From the NCBI GenBank assembly GCA_965655095.1, contig OZ296652.1, positions 70,184,001-70,248,000 of the forward strand: a stretch of 64,000 nt of DNA. The letters are read 5' to 3'. The first letter of the stretch is position 1, and each line of letters starts with the position of its first letter. The notes beneath the pieces were generated by a model. The model was given only the letters and a program-made list of their open reading frames with translations. It had not been told where the DNA came from and ran no database searches. Origin of the DNA: Haplodiscus bocki. Taxonomy: Eukaryota. Shown piece by piece: positions 11,831 to 25,300 of the stretch. A program made the translations under genes and the position numbers.

Positions 11831-13476
11831 CATTTTCAATAGGTCACAATCCGAAATCGGTCAAAATCTAATGTTCATATGATCAGCTGTGTCCTTTGAT
11901 TATTTGTTTTTCTTTCGAACGCTGACTCTTTAATCTGTTTCCCCTAGCTTACGTTTAACTCCTAGATCAAATGTACATATAATGCTGCCACATTTCCTTC
12001 TCGAACAACTTGTTTGTTGCCAAATGTAACCTCCTGCATCAACTCTTCCCATTCCTTTTTCGCGATTCGCCTTTCGAACATCTTTAATGCTCAGTCTCAA
12101 CTCAAATTGCCTCCTTCATAGCCGCCCACCTACTTTTGCTTTTTTTCATTTGAATACTCCTAAATGCTTACTGTGATGGAATTCCCAGGTCACTCTAAGT
12201 GGTCCTGTCTCCAGTCACAAACGACCTACATGATTATTCGCCTAAAGCTTGACGAAGACGGAGCCCTCCAGCTTAACCTCCACGACGGAAAACTCATCCC
12301 ACCAACGTGTGGCTCGGCCCGATGGATAGAATTCACACTTCTTCTTCACTCGTCTGACTTTAAGCCTCGAAAACTGAAGGATTACGAACAATAATCAATA
12401 GTCATAAATTGAAGGCGTCACCCTTTCAATTATACCAAATTCTCTGAAGAAACTCTCTTCCCCTCCAGTATGTTATTCAGATGTTTCTACGCTCTCGTTT
12501 CCTATAACCTTTCTGAACTAAATTATAAACTGCTTATCTTAGTTCAGTTTTCTTTTTTCTTAGGCCTATATCTTTTTAGTTTTTAATCTCTTTTTCGCTA
12601 TTTTTTCTACTCCTCAACGGAAATAGTGATTTTGTTTGCGACGTTTTAACTGAACGTACGACACAAAAAAAACACAAAGACTCTAAGAACAAAAGTAATC
12701 AGATTTTCTCAGACAAACTACACACTTTTTTTCAGTTCACATTGTTAATTGTTTGTGACTGTCTATTCGTGCCTCCTATTTCTAGCATCAAGCCAATCGG
12801 CGGTATACATGGTACCAGATATAGGCGATCACGTAATACATATGGCAGGCGATACATGCAAATGTTGCACTGATTACGGCCAGTAGACTCGAAATTGACA
12901 TTTCTTTGGACGCCATAAATACATTCACTTTGGCACAAATAACTGATCGCTCTTCAGTCCAGACCCAATTGTTTTTTTCTTTCACCGCTGTGCCGTTCTC
13001 ACAACATGAAATTTTGTGGCCGCGCCAGCTTTTTCCTCGCATGAATTCAAAATCAGAACCCCGAACCTTAGGGCTATGCAAGTAATGCAGATTAGTTTCA
13101 TTTTAGAAGCTGAAAGACTCGAACTCAACTTTTATCGAAACGCAAAAAAAAACGAAAACTAGTCCAAAAAAATTTCCGTCTACCCTTCGGAAAATGGTGT
13201 CAATTTTAAGTGGGCCCTTTTTTGAATTTTCTCGAACATTCGAGTCGGAATTTTCTCCGATAGATATGACCTTTTCAAAATATGTGATAATCCGTTTTAA
13301 ATATCACAGTTTGTTGGTTCAAATATTTACATCCGCGAACTTTGATAAAAGCATTGAACTACCGCATTTTTGACAAACTTGACCGTTCCCAAATATTTTC
13401 GCGGACATCCTTGATTCGTTTTTTTCTCGATCCAACATTCACGCATTTTTCGCCATAGTAGCTGGAATCTAAAACC

Positions 13477-13715
13477 GTGGTTGTCCTCTGTTTATTAATC
13501 TTCACTCCTGCTTCTGTTCGAAGTGATTAGGCTTCTAACATCGAAGCTGCGACGAATCCCGACGATCTTGTCAAAAAAGGGATTTTGTTCAATGAAGTCA
13601 GTAAAATCTTACTGACCGAAAAATTTATTCGAGTTGAATTTCTTGTACCGTTTCGGACTTATGAATTTACGATGAAGCCGGATATCGAAAAAATGATAGA
13701 ACAACTTTCACTTAT
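13477..13715 (+). pseudogene. N-terminal fragment of an env-like gene
   Basis: Signal-peptide-like VVVLCLLIFTPASVRS, then GILFNEVSKILLTEKFIRVEFLVPFRTYEF, which aligns by eye with AFIFSHKTKVAKKSIIVNFGYPFPQFDL of the env at ~38.5 kb. Confidence 0.55.
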
Positions 13716-13865
13716 CTTACTTTTCTATCTGCTTGTTTGGGAATTCTTTTCGTTCATTCTGTCTTTTCATCAACTCAACTTGGGTGTTTCAGTCATTTCA
13801 ATTCAAGCCTGCACTGGATTCATCTAACCGGATGGTGGTCTTTTTGAACAGGCCGGAAGTGTTTT

Positions 13866-14207
13866 GAAGGGAGGAAGTGTCATGTACTGAAACATTGCTT
13901 TTGTTGAGGACAGATGAACTTGAACTCACAACTACGAATTCCTTGACCTTTAAAACATTTATACATTTTAAACATTTAATTCTTGACATTTCAAATATTA
14001 ACTTTGAACAATGGACTTTAAACAATTTAGATACTTAACTAACCAAGAAGCAGGTTTGTGCTCACGATCCGAAGTAAACTGACTCCGCTCGCCAAAAGAA
14101 ATCTCAATAAAAATGCATTAAACCTGAAAGACGATGTATATTAGTGTGCTCGTGTTTTTGCACCAATCGATGACTAGCCATTAACTAGAGAAGTCTGTTA
14201 AGGCAAC
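13866..14207 (+). mobile_element. Polypurine tract plus probable 3' LTR of an internally deleted LTR retrotransposon
   Basis: GAAGGGAGGAAG (13866-13877) is followed directly by TGTCATG. AATAAA lies at ~14106 and a candidate CA end at ~14205-14207. It sits just after the env fragment. No second LTR copy was seen. Confidence 0.55.
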
Positions 14208-14639
14208 CTAATTTTTTTTTGCCGTGAAAAGTAACTTTTCGCCGGAAAAAGCGGAAAATTTTGGGTTTTCCGGATTTTTGAATTTAGTGCTCGTACTTCC
14301 TCCGGTTGATGGTGCTGTCAATCCTGTCGAAACTTCTTCAGATTGTTTTTCTGGCAGTAGTTCTATTGCCGTTTCAAATCTTTCGTTTTTCGGCGAGTAA
14401 TGGCCCGTTCTTGGGAGTAAAATTCTTTATATTTTTCGCCGCATGTGTAATATGCAAGAAAATTTTTTCAGTCAGTGGGGTCGTTTTTCTTTCTGTTCGG
14501 ACCAAAATTGCCAAGTCTTTTTAGTTAAAATTAAATGACAGCAGTAGGGTTAGGACAACAGCGTTCTTCGGCAGTAGGTTCGGGGCTCGAGGCTGTGTCA
14601 TGCCCATTATTTTTATGATTTGTCCCTAATATTTTTCGG

Positions 14640-14835
14640 TACCCGGGTTTAGTGAAACACTAAAGGGTTCCCCTACGAAATGTTTCCATACTGTGAGACA
14701 CAACAGTTTCGACCAAAAATCGTGACATAAGGAGATTGTTTTTCGATACCCAAAATTAGTGACACACTGAAGGGTTCCCCTACGAAATTTTTCGGCACTG
14801 TGAGACAAAAGTTTTTCAACGGAAAATCGTGATAC
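14640..14835. repeat. Two diverged ~110-bp tandem units in a non-autonomous element remnant
   Basis: TAGTGA.ACACT.AAGGGTTCCCCTACGAAAT...ACTGTGAGACA...AAAATCGTGA occurs at ~14650 and ~14757. Confidence 0.7.
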
Positions 14836-15419
14836 CTTTTGGCATAAAGTACAGAAATCAGTAGTCGAATTGATGTTTGTAAAAACTCTCTGAAAACTAT
14901 CATCAAAAACAGTAGTTTTTTAACCGTTTGCAAAAGTTGATCAAAATATTTGTAGTTGGGCGAAAAAAATGCAGGTGCTAGCCGGCCGTCTTGTTCTAAT
15001 TTTCGCTCGGTAAATGTCATTTCTTGTCACTTCTAGTGAGAACCCGTAGGCTCCCGATTTCGCGTCGAATCACCTGAAGTGTAGAACTTGCGTTCCTTAC
15101 GTTGGTTGGCAATGGATTCTGAGTATCTCATCTTTGTGTTAAGCACCGAACTCAATCGAAAAGTGTAGCTTTCGGATTTGTTTTTACAACAACTGCCTTT
15201 TAGGCGCCATCCAAGGACGTCAACTTCAGCCATTAGCTTGTATGGTGGTTAAACATTGCGTTGGATCGCTTGTTCATCAAGTGCAGGAAAAGTTTCATAC
15301 GTACCCTGTATCGTCAAAATTTTTTGATTTTTTTTGTATGAAGTATTGCGAAAAAAATTATTTATTTTAATTATAATTATAATTAAATATTTTATAAAAT
15401 TTTGCAGTCTCAGCACTTG

Positions 15420-18230
15420 GAAAGCCACCGAGCAGTATTCAAGCTCCTGATGTCAAGCGTGAATTGTACTGGAAACTGCGTGTAACACGTTCCATCTAAA
15501 TTGACCTTCTTAGAAAGGAATATCCAAACAATAAGTTCCCGATGTCTAACATGACAGACGCTGTCAGCCATTTTGCTGGCAAGCATTTATTCATTAAACT
15601 TGTTTGTACCCAAGCCTACCAGTGTGTTCAAATGGTGTACTCTTTATCCGTGCAATTCTAAGCATTTAATTTTGTATTGTGTCCTTATGCAAACCAAGTT
15701 TCAGCACAAGGGTTGAACAAGTCGGTGATTGGTTTTAGTGCATTTGTGAAAAAATATCTGTATCCCTGTCTAGCAGCAAATCTTTGCACCCAGTTTATGG
15801 TTGATATATGGTCCTGAAACTTTTTAAGAACTGAAATCACATGTCTAATAACTTTTCGCATTCATCAGAAGCTCAGGACTGAAACTATCACCTGAACAAC
15901 GTCATTTTGGCATGTCACAAATTTCTTTCTTGGGGTACACTAGCACACCAGAGAAGAAGAAGATCCGGAGGTTTCTGAGCAACATAACAATACCACCGAC
16001 AGTAAAGCAAGTGGAACGACTGACATGCTTCACACAATGTCTTAGAACATTCATCCCAAAATTGACTGCAAAACTTCTGCCTTTCTACAAACTTCTTCGC
16101 AGAGACGTCGAATTCAGAATTGAAAAAGGACAACTCGACAATTTTAAAACAGTCAAGAATGACCTTTTAAAGGCAGCTAATACCACTTTGAGGCTTGCGA
16201 AACCAAACCAAAATTACGTTATCATTTGTGATGCAATTTATCATTCCATTAGTTTCGTCTTGATGATTGGGGACTACTTAGAAAAACCCAATGGCAAAGA
16301 AACGAAAACCTATGCACCAGCTTCATTTGGAGATTCAATGAATCGCAACCTCAAATTTCAATTTGTTGTAAGGAGTTTCCAGCTCTCTATTTTGCATTGG
16401 ACACTTTCGCATTTTTCATTTTGGGATGCTGATGACCAATCCTTGTCTTAACTGACAATAATTTTTTGGCTCAGTTTTTCGAAACAAGAGAAATCACACA
16501 TTTTTTGCAACTTCTTGGACATAATTTTGGCATAGGACATCGTTCTAGCGCATGTACCGGGTTGCGCCCATGCAGCAGCCGTCTGTCTTCCCCGGTTGGA
16601 AACTAACCCAGGAGCAACCTTACAGCTCGGTTTGAACCAATCGATGACATCTCGGGAAATCAGTCTGAATGAAAGCAAAAACTCCGGACATCAGGATAAA
16701 CGAATTCCAATTAAAGAACCGATTGATTGATCCAATAGAACCATTCAAGAAGAGAACAGAATATTTTTACAGTGTTCCCTGACTCGACGAAGGATGTTCA
16801 GAATTCACGAAGTATTTGATGTCGAATGAGGTCACTCCACTATGATTTCACCAGATTGATGAGAGCAGAAATGAATGAACTGCACGAGGAAGAATTTTTC
16901 ACTTCTTTTGATATCGCGGCAAACTATGCACCATTAAATCCCCAAAAACGTTTAAAGATCTGACGATTTGACAAGTTCGATGATGGCTGGGTGGTCATCC
17001 TCAAGAAAACCAAACATATGCAAGTCATGTTTTCCGAAAGTATGCAAAACACAAAAATTGACTCACACGTGAATACGGTGCCCTTTATCGAGTTTTTCAA
17101 CGATGTAGGACAAGTGTCATTTTTACAATGGTATGTTTCCAAACACTTGCGACTTGAGATCTTGTACAGAATTCACAATTGAGTGGACACTTGGGCATGA
17201 ACAAAACAATCACAGAATTTCGGTTGAATTTTTTCTTTTTCTGGGTTTGCTGAAATTTTTTTTAGCTATGCGACAAAATGTTCTACTTGCCTCCGAACAA
17301 AAAATGTTCAAACTAGCTGTTTAAGACCAGCTATGGAAAGAATCGCATCGGACCAAGCATTTACTGTGGACTTGATGCAATTTGGTTTAGTTGGTCGCCT
17401 GTTTTCAATTGCCCTTCGACTGCCATGCACTTGCTCGTAGTTCCACTTTCGAGTATTACTGCAGAAAATGCCGCAAATCTTTGATTTCAATTTTCCTAAT
17501 TAAAGCTAAATTCCACAAACAATTCTCGCGGATTTAGGCTCAGGCTTCGTATCGAAACTAATACCCGAAGTGACTAAATTACTCAAAGTTCTTCGGAACA
17601 CACTTCATTGAAGCCTCCACAAACAACTGGCGTTGGTGAACGCGCACATAATGCATTTAAACGGATTCTGAATTTTAAGTCGTCAGCCGCCTAGTCAAAT
17701 TGGTATTAATTAGTAGACGCAGCCACCTTAGTCCGTATTACATCTTTATGAATATTCAACTGGTACGACGCCGAGTTGTTTATTTCATGGCCGTGAACCA
17801 CTGAAGTCGATGTATTAAAGTGTTTGGTGAAAACCGAGTAACGTCAGAAGTGCAGAATGATTATGTCAATGACTTGCATTGTACAATATTGACAGTTTGA
17901 ACAAACAAAAACTCGTAGTTTTTGCTTATCCCAGGTATTGTAGCTATTACGATCGGAAAGGCGAAGCGCAACCCTTGAAAAAGCACACTTACTGCATGCT
18001 TCTCAATCCTCTTCTAATTTGGAAACGTGGTTACCGCTCTACAGAATTGAACAAGTTCTCATAAATTCAAACTACATAAACAGGAAAATAGGAACGAACC
18101 ACACCGAATTTGCCCATCGACTCAGACTTCGAACCATTCAACCAGAATACCATGTTGATGATGTTCAAAATCCGGACCCGAGTCTTCCAGCCGAATACCT
18201 CGCTAACTTCATACCGTTGATAGCCTGCCC
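15420..18230 (+). pseudogene. pol: Ty3/Gypsy pol remnant (RT, RNase H, integrase)
   Basis: FPMSNMTDAVSHFAGKHLFIKLVCTQAYQCVQM...QGLNKS...QFMVDI is RT with a degenerate YxDD. ISFLG..PPTVKQV..FIPKL..KLLPFYKLLR is the thumb. YVIICDA is RNase H. Integrase-tail-like HRLRLR lies at ~18115. Many stops and frameshifts. Confidence 0.88.
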
Positions 18231-18890
18231 TTTTCGATGGGCCACTTCCAGACTTTTTGGAATCAGAACCTCTCACGGAAAGCGACCTGGAAGTATCTGG
18301 ACCACATCAAGAAAAAGGTACCACGACGTTGTCCATCCACGTGGTCCAATTCTTGGAAACGTCAAACGCCAGTAGCGGTGAAAGACCGGCAAATGCCTCA
18401 AAATTCGTGGAAGATGACATACCCATTTACAATTTAGAGCGACTCGAGACGCAGATGGCACTGAACATAACAGGACCACTGATGTGTACACAGTGATTCG
18501 GAAACAACCACACCTTCGAGTGCGTATGTATCTACCCGCGCACGCCTTCACCTTCACAAAAAACAGTCTCACATACAAAATCATGGTTTACGGAAAACGA
18601 CGATGAAGCTCGATGGTTGGGTGATGAAAAACACGTGGCTAGTCGTAATCGACTTGTTGAAGGACTTGTAGCCAATCGCGCTGCAGTGGCCAGACTCGAA
18701 GACAAACAAACAAATCACAACCGCAGAAAAAGGGTTCAACGAAATCAAAAAGTCCAGTCAAAAGCCCGATGATACCTTCACGAATCAACGGTAAATGGAA
18801 CTATTTTCTCCGTTCCAGAAACAATAGAGCACAAACTAATTCTCTCAAGTTTGAGACAGACTCAATTCCATCAGAATACATGGTTTTAGC

Positions 18891-19225
18891 GGCGATTTAC
18901 TTCAAAACCGAAACAACATTGCTTTTTGTGTTTCCCCTGATCTCCGAAGCGAAAAAGGTACTGCATATCAAATTGTTCAAAAGTTTCCTAAACACTCTGT
19001 TGAAATTTTGCACTTATAGGCTCTCACCGGGGTGGTTTTTGGGTTTTTACTGTGAACCAACAGGAATTTGGATGTATAGTTTGGTAACTAAGCACCACGC
19101 ATATGATAAACCATATGAATTTGTTCGACACTTTGAATAAAGTTAACGAATGTGCACACCTTGAAAATGACCAAATGCCAAGCGTCAGCTTACCACCAAT
19201 TACTTGTAGCCTCAATCTTGACTAC
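18891..19225 (+). pseudogene. OARD1/TARG1 (Poa1p-like) macrodomain remnant downstream of pol
   Basis: GDLLQNRNNIAFCVSPDLRSEKGTAYQIVQKF / (frameshift) IWMYSLVTKHHAYDKP / SVSLPPITCSLN parallels the TARG1-family blocks GDLF..LAHCISxD..MG.GIA..F..KF, YYLITK....KP and LSMPRIGCGLD in order and spacing. Confidence 0.7.
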
Positions 19226-21272
19226 TTACTGATGTGTCGGCACACCAACACAGTAGTCAAACTTTATTCATAATTTTACTCATCGAATTGAAGCAAAATC
19301 TTTCACCAAGACATCTAACTTCGATTAAAACAAAAAGGCCGCTCAGTCGCCCCCTCAACTAACTCAAAACACAGTCTTCCGCAATGCTTTCACTGACGGA
19401 ACTTATTTCAACCCTATCAGTATCAGATGGGGAAAGCGAAGATACCTATCCGTCACGGACGACCTATTCTTTGAAGAGGAGTCCCAGAGACAAAACCCTC
19501 CTGAATTGGAACTGTAATCACGCGGATTTCACCTCCCACCTTGGCAAATCGATGTCAACTCTACGGCTGATCTCTTCCTGCAGTATTCGCTCTATGGGAA
19601 TGCATCCGGACCCTTGAAGAAAATAATTTTGAAGAAGACACAAAAATAGGCACTACAAACCTGGTAATTTGGGGTGAATTGACTTCTTTTACTTTCTACG
19701 GCTGCACCATGACGTAATGACGTTCTCAATGATTGCGAAACACTCACTTTGCATGGCGATGACCCAGTTACAGCTCATGTACCGAAGCCTTTGACAAAGC
19801 CCGCTGTGCTCACCAGCAAAATCATTAAAGAAATCCTAGGCATCCTTGAAAAGCCAATCAACATTGACATCACTCCTTTTGAAGAAAGTGTGAATAAACT
19901 GAAATCTATGTGTAAACTATCGACTTACTAATTATGCACGCACAAATTGCTTCGATTCGGGGAAAAAAATTACGTTTCGAGAATTGCACCATTTCTCCTA
20001 TTTTTCGTCAATCATTTCACCCGACCAATGTATCAACGAATTCATGAAAAAGAACAACAAAACGACGGGAATGCCATCAAGCAAACCATGGTATTGGCCG
20101 TCCAAATCCTTTAAAGAACAAGTCAAGCGTCAAAAGCAAAAAGACTTGAGAACTCAACTTTGTTTGCGCAAAAATGCTAACACAAAACTTTCAGGTCCAC
20201 GGAACTGGAGTATGAATTAGTATTCATGAAAATTTTTCAATCGAGCAAATCTTCTCTATACTCTGAGCGCTACATAGTTGCCGTTTTCCGCTGCTCTAGA
20301 GTTTTAGTTTAGGAGAACTAATGATTTTGTCGACAAAACTCTGTCATAGCGAAAAAATGAGCTAAATGTATTTATTAGGCACAAAACACGATTTTCGCAG
20401 TTGCTTCACCACATTTCCGCTATCGGGCAAATTATGCTAGACAACTAGCTACCGGTGGGCACCATTTCGAAAAGATTGGTCAAGCGCGTTCAAGAGAAGT
20501 CAACTTTTTTTGTTCGAAAAACCAGTCCCTTCAACTGAATCCCTCATACTTCCGCAACATAATAACCGAGGCATATTTGTGACTGGCACTATCCGCCGAA
20601 AATCCTTTACAGCAAAGCTTTGCCTTGCCCTGCAGAAACGCCTGGTGCTAAGCCTCTGGACCTTGGAGGAGTCTCAACTGAGAACTCAACGTTTTTTGCA
20701 CTCTGTGCACAAAAACAAAATGACTCAAAAAAACGAAGTTTTCTTGTTGAAACTAACGTATTCAGATAAAGCGTCATCGAGCAAAGATCTCAATTACTCT
20801 CAGTGCTGGATTGCTCCTAAAAGTTTAAATTTGGTTCTTACATGCAATTAGAACTCAACTTTATCTGCAACGTTTCCATCGAATTTTCCAATGACTCCTT
20901 TACACCGAAATTGCTCTCAAATAGAAAATCTTTTTCCAATCCTGTTTACAGGTTGCATCTTTGTGAAGCCCTCTGTTCGACAGTCGGACTTTTTAACAAA
21001 ATTCACGGTCTTGTCTTTCTCAATTTTTAACAGCTCAGCAAAAATCAATACGATTACGCAGTAAAACATACGTCAACTAATTACAAATGCTGCAGCAATA
21101 CAAACACATATGGCGAGACCTGTGGTCCCAAGTCTGGGGATCACGCCCGCCAAAAAACCAGAGGCATTGACGAGAGCATTGTTCTTGAAACATCGAAGGC
21201 CACAGATCGTATCCTTCCCTAACATCTAAAAGACAACAGAAGCAACTGTACAATGACCGTCATCTTTCTTTG

Positions 21273-22390
21273 TCACGCCAACGACTGATTTTTTTGCTTC
21301 TTCTGCAGGATGCTCGCACGAATACGCGCTAATCTCATCTGCCACCGCTGCTTCCTGGTGACTTTTGGTTCTATCGCTCGCGATTTGTCTTCTGGAAACT
21401 CTCGCTTATTTAGTTGCTCCATTTTCATTGAAGCTTCCCATTTCTTTGTTTTCGCTTTTCCTTTGACGGCTTTAGCCTTTTTTTCCAGCGATGAATCCTT
21501 CAACATGTTCGTCGTTTTTCAGGTACAGACACCGGAAGTATAATTCCTTAGAACCTGTGCTTTACGTTTGGTGACTCTCGGATCTTTAGCTTCCCAGCCT
21601 GTCACAAGGGATGGTTTTCCAATATTGGAAAGAGCGAGAACGGATTGACATGATAACCCGGGTTAGGCCAACTAACTCTGAGCTTCCGAGATGAAACGTT
21701 TCACATGCTTTCCCTGGAATCGTTTTGGGCCTCTCAGCATCTCTCTCGCGAAGTCAACTACCGTTCCAAAAGTTTTGAAAAACTGTTAGAATATGTCCCA
21801 CTGTCTGAAATTTGGAAGATCTTTTCCCGATCAGGGTGTAAGAAATCGAATTGTCACCTCTTTGTTCAATATGAGCGTCCGTAAACCACTTACGGAAAGC
21901 CTAATTTGCGCTGGCCGGCCCATCTTCGAAAATTTCAGGAATTACTGTCTATCAAGTCATCCCTCTGCGTGTTCCATGCTTGGGAAATATTATTCCCTTC
22001 AGTCGCGTCCAGTTTTTTTGATCGGACGATTTTTTCCATACACGGGAATATCCAAAATAACTTCCACACATCTTTTCCTGCATTGTTTGATATGATCAAG
22101 GAAATTTTTGTCGACCTTGCACACGTCCTGATTGTGAAATGCAATTAAGTGACCAACCATTGCTCACCATTCTCCTGTGACGACAGCTCTGAAATTTATC
22201 TCATTCAAAGTTTCTGGACCATCCACGTCGATAGTCGGCATCAGTTACCAACCCAATTCCTCAGCTCCATCTTCCGAAGATTACATCTCCATAAAGCTTT
22301 CAATATCACGCATCCTCTGGAAAACACCTGAATCAAGGCCTCTCAACACACACGGTCTGTTTAGAACACGAACATCGAGACGACGCATGA
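21273..22390 (-). pseudogene. JmjC-like pseudogene (array copy 1, the only copy with the native C-terminus)
   Basis: KWFTDAHIEQRGDNSISYTLIGK/KIFQ...RFISEAQS*LA*PGLSCQSVLALS...VTGWEA aligns block for block with the 10.8-11.8 kb pseudogene. It has several stops and frameshifts, and the distal His position reads Gln. Confidence 0.68.
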
Positions 22391-25300
22391 GCAAACGATA
22401 AATTTTTTAACGATGCTTTTGTCAGTTTACAATGTTGACAGCAAAATATCCAAATTAATCCAATCCAAACTACTACACCTCTTTCCAGATATCTAGCTAA
22501 AGCAAAAAAAATTTTGAAAAAAATCAATTTTGTCGTGCTGAATCAAAGGTAGCACCTGACCAAAAACAAAGTCCAAATTTAGCTGAGCAACTGGCAAGTC
22601 AGTGTTTCTCAACATAGTACGGTGTTGACTCAAGTCGCCAACACAAATTTGTAAATAAATGTGAGTTCAGTTTAATCTACCATTGATTGTTTCAAAGCAA
22701 TTGTGACCAAATAGCGATATCCTGGAGCCATGTGCTAATTGGTTTGCCTTCGGCGAAGCCGCGCGAGGAAAATAAACAGCCCTGTCAAACTGAATGATCC
22801 GAGCCAGGATTGGTCATCACGCCCAAATGGATCATGCCACGTCACACACTCCCTGCTACCTTGCGCGCAGGCCACCTGCATTCCCTCCCTACGAACACAC
22901 GCCTTCTGGAAACTCTCGCTTATTTAGTTGCTCCATTTTCATTGAAGCTTCCCATTTCTTTGTTTTCGCTTTTCCTTTGACGGCTTTAGCCTTTTTTTCC
23001 AGCGATGAATCCTTCAACATGTTCGTCGTTTTTCGGGTACAGACACCGGAAGTATAATTCCTTAGGACCTGTGCTTTACGTTTGGTGACTCTCGGATCTT
23101 TAGCTTCCCAGCCTGTCACAAGGGATGGTTTTCCAATATTGGAAAGAGTGAGAACGGATTGACATGATAACCCGGGTTAGGCCAACTAAGTGTGAGCTTC
23201 CGAGATGAAACGTTTCACATGCTTTCCCTGTAATCGTTTTGGGCCTCTCAGCATCTCTCTCGCGAAGTCAACTACCGTTCCAAAAGTTTTGAAAAACTGT
23301 TAGAATATGTCCCACTATCTGAAATTTGGAAGATCTTTTTTTTTCGATCAGGGTGTAAGAAATGGAATGGTCACCTCTTTGTTCAATATGAGCGTCCGTA
23401 AACCACTTACGGAAAACCTAAATTGCGCTGGCCGGCCCATCTTCGAAAATTTCAGGAATTACTGTCTATCAAGTCATCCCTCTGCGTGTTCCATGCTTCG
23501 GAAATATTATTCCCTTCAGTCGCGTCCAGTTTTTTTGATCGGACGATTTTTCCCATACACGGGAATATCCAAAATAACTTCCACACATCTTTTCCTGCAT
23601 TGTTTGATATGATCAAGGAAATTTTTGTCGACCTTGCACACGTCCTGATTGTGAAATGCAATTAAGTGACCAACCATTGCTCACCATTCTCCTGTGACGA
23701 CAGCTCTGAAATTTATCTCATTCAAAGTTTCTGGACCATCCACGTCGATAGTCGGCATCAGTTACCAACCCAATTCCTCAACTCCATCTTCCGAAGATTA
23801 CATCTCCATAAAGCTTTCAATATCACGCATCCTCTGGAAAACACCTGAATCAAGGCCTCTCAACACACACGGTCTGTTTAGAACACGAACATCGAGACGA
23901 CGCATGAGCAAACGATAAATTTTTTAACGATGCTTTTGTCAGTTTACAATGTTGACAGCAAAATATCCAAATTAATCCAATCCAAACTACTACACCTCTT
24001 TCCAGATATCTAGCTAAAGCAAAAAAAATTTTGAAAAAAATCAATTTTGTCGTGCTGAATCAAAGGTAGCACCTGACCAAAAACAAAGTCCAAATTTAGC
24101 TGAGCAACTGGCAAGTCAGTGTTTCTCAACATAGTACGGTGTTGACTCAAGTCGCCAACACAAATTTGTAAATAAATGTGAGTTCAGTTTAATCTACCAT
24201 TGATTGTTTCAAAGCAATTGAGACCAAATAGCGATATCCTGGAGCCATGTGCTAATTGGTTTGCCTTCGGCGAAGCCGCGCGAGGAAAATAAACAGCCCT
24301 GTCAAACTGAATGATCCGAGCCAGGATTGGTCATCACGCCCAAATGGATCATGCCACGTCACACACTCCCTGCTACCTTGCGCGCAGGCCACCTGCATTC
24401 CCTCCCTACGAACACACGCCTTCTGGAAACTCTCGCTTATTTAGTTGCTCCATTTTCATTGAAGCTTCCCATTTCTTTGTTTTCGCTTTTCCTTTGACGG
24501 CTTTAGCCTTTTTTTCCAGCGATGAATCCTTCAACATGTTCGTCGTTTTTCGGGTACAGACACCGGAAGTATAATTCCTTAGGACCTGTGCTTTACGTTT
24601 GGTGACTCTCGGATCTTTAGCTTCCCAGCCTGTCACAAGGGATGGTTTTCCAATATTGGAAAGAGTGAGAACGGATTGACATGATAACCCGGGTTAGGCC
24701 AACTAAGTGTGAGCTTCCGAGATGAAACGTTTCACATGCTTTCCCTGTAATCGTTTTGGGCCTCTCAGCATCTCTCTCGCGAAGTCAACTACCGTTCCAA
24801 AAGTTTTGAAAAACTGTTAGAATATGTCCCACTATCTGAAATTTGGAAGATCTTTTTTTTTCGATCAGGGTGTAAGAAATGGAATGGTCACCTCTTTGTT
24901 CAATATGAGCGTCCGTAAACCACTTACGGAAAACCTAAATTGCGCTGGCCGGCCCATCTTCGAAAATTTCAGGAATTACTGTCTATCAAGTCATCCCTCT
25001 GCGTGTTCCATGCTTGGGAAATATTATTCCCTTCAGTCGCGTCCAGTTTTTTTGATCGGACGATTTTTCCCATACACGGGAATATCCAAAATAACTTCCA
25101 CACATCTTTTCCTGCATTGTTTGATATGATCAAGGAAATTTTTGTCGACCTTGCACACGTCCTGATTGTGAAATGCAATTAAGTGACCAACCATTGCTCA
25201 CCATTCTCCTGTGACGACAGCTCTGAAATTTATCTCATTCAAAGTTTCTGGACCATCCACGTCGATAGTCGGCATCAGTTACCAACCCAATTCCTCAACT

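Noticed and set aside
11879-12510. Decayed + strand ORF with a signal-peptide-like start (MISCVL*LFVFLSNADSLIC)
   Set aside because: Multiple stops and no recognisable family.
20370-20600. Possible second macrodomain (NTIFAVASPHFRYRANYARQL...FEKP)
   Set aside because: The resemblance is too weak and frameshifted to support.
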